From the NCBI GenBank assembly GCA_032718475.1, contig JAUCBJ010008799.1:100145-164144 (forward strand): a stretch of DNA of 64,000 bases, in the 5' to 3' direction. Of the stretch, positions 60,301 to 64,000 are shown piece after piece (position 1 is the first letter of the stretch; every line of letters starts with the position of its first letter). Source of the DNA: Nemertoderma westbladi. Lineage: Eukaryota; Animalia; Xenacoelomorpha. Position numbers and translations under genes: made by a program. Below the pieces are notes generated by a model. The model searched no databases, was not told the DNA's origin, and saw nothing but the letters and a program-made list of their open reading frames with translations.

Positions 60301-62673
60301 CCATCGCCGGGTGCCGCGGTTCACCCAATTCGCCCCGCGCATTATCCGCCGATGCCTGTGGGACACCTTTTGCCCCCCCCCCTCTCGCCGCTGATCTCTC
60401 GTTGTGGGGCTCCTGTAGCCCCCCCCCCCCCCCCCCCCCACTCGCCACCTATTACCTCACTATCTCTTGCTTCGCCTCTACACCCCTCTCTAGTCGACAC
60501 ACTAACCCTACTGCGGCTGGGTCCGTTCACCCCCGCCTCTCCCTCTACTACTGTGTGGCCTACCAGGCCCCCCTCGGGTTGACTCAACCCCGCCACTTCC
60601 TGCCTACTAACTACGTGGCCTACCAGGCCCTCATTGGGGTTTCTCACCCCCGCCACCTCCTGCCTACTAACTACGTGGCCTACCAGGCCCTCATTGGGGT
60701 TTCTCACCCCCGCCACCTCCTGCCTACTAACTACATGGCCTACCAGGCCCTCATTGGGGTTTCTCACCCCCGCCACCTCCTGCCTACTAACTACGTGGCC
60801 TACCAGGCTCTCATTTGCCGGGCCATGCACGTCCGCCACGTTTATATTAATTGCACCATTATCAATATTGTCCTCTAGATCAATTAAATTATTTTGCACA
60901 CCTAAATTAGAAACGGGAATTATTTAATATTCGTATCTGAATTAAATTATTTGAATTATTTTGCGTAATTACATTATTTGAATTATTTTGTATATTCGGG
61001 TTTAGATTTAAATTTAAATTATCCGGACTACTTTGTACATTTATATTAGGGTTATTATTTGAATTATTTATATTTAAATTTAAATTAGAATCACCGGATA
61101 AAATATTATTCGCTGCAATAAAAGGTTGATTAGAATTATCCACTACGGTACTAATAATATTAACGTTCTCTACTATATTACTATTATTACCCCCCCCCCC
61201 CCCCCCCCCCCCCGCCCGTACGGTCACACCAGTCTTGGGTCTGTCGTCCGGTCCCTGAAGTGGGGTATTAATGAATGTTTCCACAGCTCCTGGCTCCTCG
61301 TAAACACTACTCGAGCCAGCCTCGCTCTCTGACAGCCCCATCTGCGTCAGTTCCAGTCGGTGCTTCTGTTTTGCCTGGTACTGCATAAGCCCCCTCAACC
61401 GGGCGTGCATGTCATCCCGCACACGCTTTCCCGTTCTCTCTCTCTCCCTGTCCTCTCATGAACTCTGCTCGCCCAATTCCGCCTCTCTCGTAACTCTCTC
61501 AAGTCGTCTCGCCTCGCGCTCTCTTCGCTCATTCTCCTCTCTCGCCCCACGCTCTTTACGTTCTTTCTCCTCTCTCGCCTCACGCTCTTTACGTTCATTC
61601 TCCTCTCTCACCTCACGCTCTTTACGTTCATTCTCCGCTCTCGCCTCACGCTCTTACGTTCATTCTCCGCTCTCGCCTCACTCTCTTTACGTTCACTCTC
61701 CGCTCTCTCCCCTCTCGCCTCTCTTGCCGCCTCACGCTCTTCTTGCTCCTTCCTTTCCCTCCTTCCTATTTCTTCACACTCCTTAAAGTTTCTCGCGACC
61801 CTCTCGGCCCTCTCTTTATTCTCTCTGGCCACCTCTCTCTCTCTTTCTCTAGTAACGCACTCCCTTCTTCCAACTGTCTCTTGTAATTCTCTCTGGTCTA
61901 GCGCCGCCAGATCTATTTCTAGCACCCGTCTTACTTTTGCGGAGGATGTAGCAGACTTATCGGTCGCGACGGACTCCCGCCGCCTTCCCGTCCTACTGAC
62001 TTTCCCCCGCTTTCTGGAATTTTCGCCGACTGACGAAACCGAATCCTCGGGGTTAACCTCAGATTTCCCCGGGCATCGACTAAGTATGGCCCTATGTACA
62101 CTACACCAGGCTCCATACCCCTACATTCCCACAGTTCAAACAGTTAGGTGGCGACCCTCTTGCTCTCTCATTGGCTAATTCTCCCTGCCCAAAGCGCACT
62201 AAATAATCAAAATGTTTATTCAACTCACCTAGCCGCTTCTCTAGCTTCGCCTGGTCTATCTTGGCCCCTTCTTTGGCTTCCCTCAGTTGCTTTCTGGTCG
62301 TGTTGTAGGCTCGTCGGAGCCGGTCGCTGACTCCGATGTCCTCGTCGCCGACGTCCCCTCTTTCTCTCCGTGTTCGGCGTCGTACCGGCGGCCCCACCGT
62401 CGCCGTTCCGGTGGGCCGTCCGTCGCCCTCGGCCTGTGGCTGGCCGGCGACATCGGTACGTTGACCACCGTCGTGTGTTGACTCGTCTTCCCTTTCTCTC
62501 GACTCGCTCGTCCCTCTTTGTGGTAGACAACCGCCCTCCGCTTGGGCTGCCGGATCGTTCGGGGTTGACGAGTCCGGCGTCCTGGGTCGATACCGTCGCG
62601 TCGCGGCCTTGCGGATCGTTTCGTTCGTATCGTCCGGGGTCCGCGGCAGTGTTGTCTCTCCTTCCTGACTCAT
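54329..62673 (-). pseudogene. gag-pol of copy C (BEL/Pao order PR-RT-RH-IN)
   Basis: LVDSGA; RT LLEGPN...CDIEGMFNQV...FYVDD; RIYDPLG; RNase H FSDAS (then deleted); integrase H..HRG..C..C, VDMFGP, SDNGTNF, VERLMG; C-terminus YWRRWVEEYL...WRLARV. Confidence 0.93.
59201..59503. other. ~300-bp unrelated insertion in gag of copy C
   Basis: Absent at the homologous site in A (~10865). No TSD seen. Confidence 0.75.
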
Positions 62674-62722
62674 CTTTAACTTTGCTTATCGGTGGCTGGC
62701 AGTCACAGTTTCAGGTAGTTGG

Positions 62723-62733
62723 ACTTTTATTAC
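62723..62733 (-). promoter_or_regulatory. Non-tRNA PBS-position sequence of copy C (GTAATAAAAGT)
   Basis: 11/11 complementary to the transcript of LTR segment 49544-49554. Confidence 0.75.
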
Positions 62734-62953
62734 TGTGACGGGATCCGAGAATCCCGACCGGTTGTTTTATTTACGCGTCCCCGCCGTGTGTGAAAAGAGT
62801 TTGTTGTTGGATTGAGAGTTCTGATGTTGTCGTCCCCGTTTATTGGGGGTGACACGAGGTTGATTGGCAATCAACCTCGTACTCCCCAATATTGCTTAAA
62901 GGCACCGCTTTCCCAACTTTATGGGGTGGTTAGCGGAATTGAATTCGCTAACA
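62734..62953 (-). repeat. 5' LTR of copy C with ~350-bp internal deletion
   Basis: Both ends match 49342-49913 and are joined at a TTGT microhomology near 62826-62830. Confidence 0.9.
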
Positions 62954-63583
62954 GTGTGTCTCCCTGGTGGACTCCCCATAACACTTCAAATGGTTCTGTG
63001 TCACCATCAACAGTAGACACAAATGTTGTCGAACCATCGTATACTGATCTGATTGCTGCAATAATTTCTTCAGAAACCCCATATAATGAAAGTATGCTGA
63101 ACATACGTGAGCCAGAGACCTTGAATAAGTCAACAAAGATAATAGCCAGATAGATGCCTGTCTTTCTTTTTTTTTGATAACTCTTCAATTATCCTTTCTA
63201 TGTGCCAAAATGGGCTCAATGCCAATGGTCCTAAGACCTTTATGGAACCCATTCTGATTTCCTCGGAGCAGTCTCTCAATGGGATCCCTGATGCGATTTA
63301 ATATAATTATATTGTATAGCTTTGCAGCAATCGAGATCAATGAGATTCCCCGAAAAGAACCATAGAGTGTTAGGTTGCCCTTCTTGGGAACTGGCACCAA
63401 CTTATTTGTTTTCATTTCTTGTGGGACTCTTGTTGTTCGGTACATGTCTACTATGATGGGATAGATGAGCTTTAAACACTCAGGTATTTTAAAGACCTCA
63501 GGGGGAACACCATCTACTCCACTGGCACGATTGGTCTTAGTGCTGTTTGCAGCAGCCTTCTGAAAACACACCACTCCAAACAC
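62954..63583 (-). mobile_element. Decayed RTE LINE, 5' part (RT N-half)
   Basis: RASGVDGVP, PKKGNL...FRGISL...AAKLYN, QNGF, GVHQGDT. Joins LAPFLF at 49341. Confidence 0.88.
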
Positions 63584-64000
63584 ACCACATAATTTTTATT
63601 GTCCGTTTAAATCCTTTTTTTGTCCTTTTTTTTTATTTTTTATGTCCTCCAAAAGTCTAATGTTAGGTTCCATGCTACCGGTTTCTCTACTGCTGTTCTC
63701 TCAGGCTATCAGTACCGGTATTAGTATATATAGCACTATTTTGCTGTATTGTATGTACAGATGTAGGTATAAAGCAGGTATTTCTGTATTTTAGTACCGG
63801 TACCGGCACCGGTACTGCTATAGGCCTACTGTGTAGCCTACCATTTAAATACGGTAATGGTAGGCCTACCGGTTGTGCTAATAAATTTTAAATAATTGAT
63901 AGGCCAAACTGGATTGCAGGATTGTGGAAAATGTGGATATACCTTTCACATAATTTAGGCCTATTACTGTATTAGTTTTATAATCAATAATGGATCATGA

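Larger units (their letters stand above)
49342..62953 (-). mobile_element. BEL/Pao LTR retrotransposon copy C (autonomous-type gag-PR-RT-RH-IN plus exonuclease ORF, now broken)
   Basis: 3' LTR at 49342-49913; internally deleted 5' LTR at 62734-62953. TSD GTGTG at 49337-49341 and 62954-62958. PPT at 49914-49922. Confidence 0.95.

Noticed and set aside
63690-63970. Clusters of TACCGGTA and TAGGCCTA palindromes
   Set aside because: Scattered through all AT-rich spacers of the window; look like genome-wide background rather than a discrete element.

Overview
Eukaryotic (animal, probably invertebrate) transposon-dense region with no intact host gene. It is dominated by three copies of one unusual BEL/Pao LTR-retrotransposon family: A 3010-14627(-), B 25889-36641(+) and C 49342-62953(-), each with a 5-bp TSD. 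Three features set the family apart. (i) There is no tRNA primer-binding site; the 9-11 nt right after the 5' LTR are complementary to a segment inside each copy's own LTR, and this pairing co-varies across three divergent LTR types, suggesting self-priming. (ii) An extra ~850-aa ORF in the env position encodes a WRN/EXD/RNase D-like DEDDy 3'-5' exonuclease plus three CCHC zinc knuckles. (iii) An array of short GGTAC-GTA-GTACC hairpins lies between pol and that ORF. A and B share an old RT/RNaseH/IN-deleted pol; C has a near-complete but broken pol. Also present: a full-length L1/Tx1 LINE with open ORFs, two RTE LINEs (one split by C), L2/CR1-like fragments, a pogo-like transposase relic, a second BEL internal fragment flanked by a 558-bp direct duplication, and an FBXO36 gene fragment captured inside copy B. 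All calls come from manual reading and remembered motifs; no searches were run.
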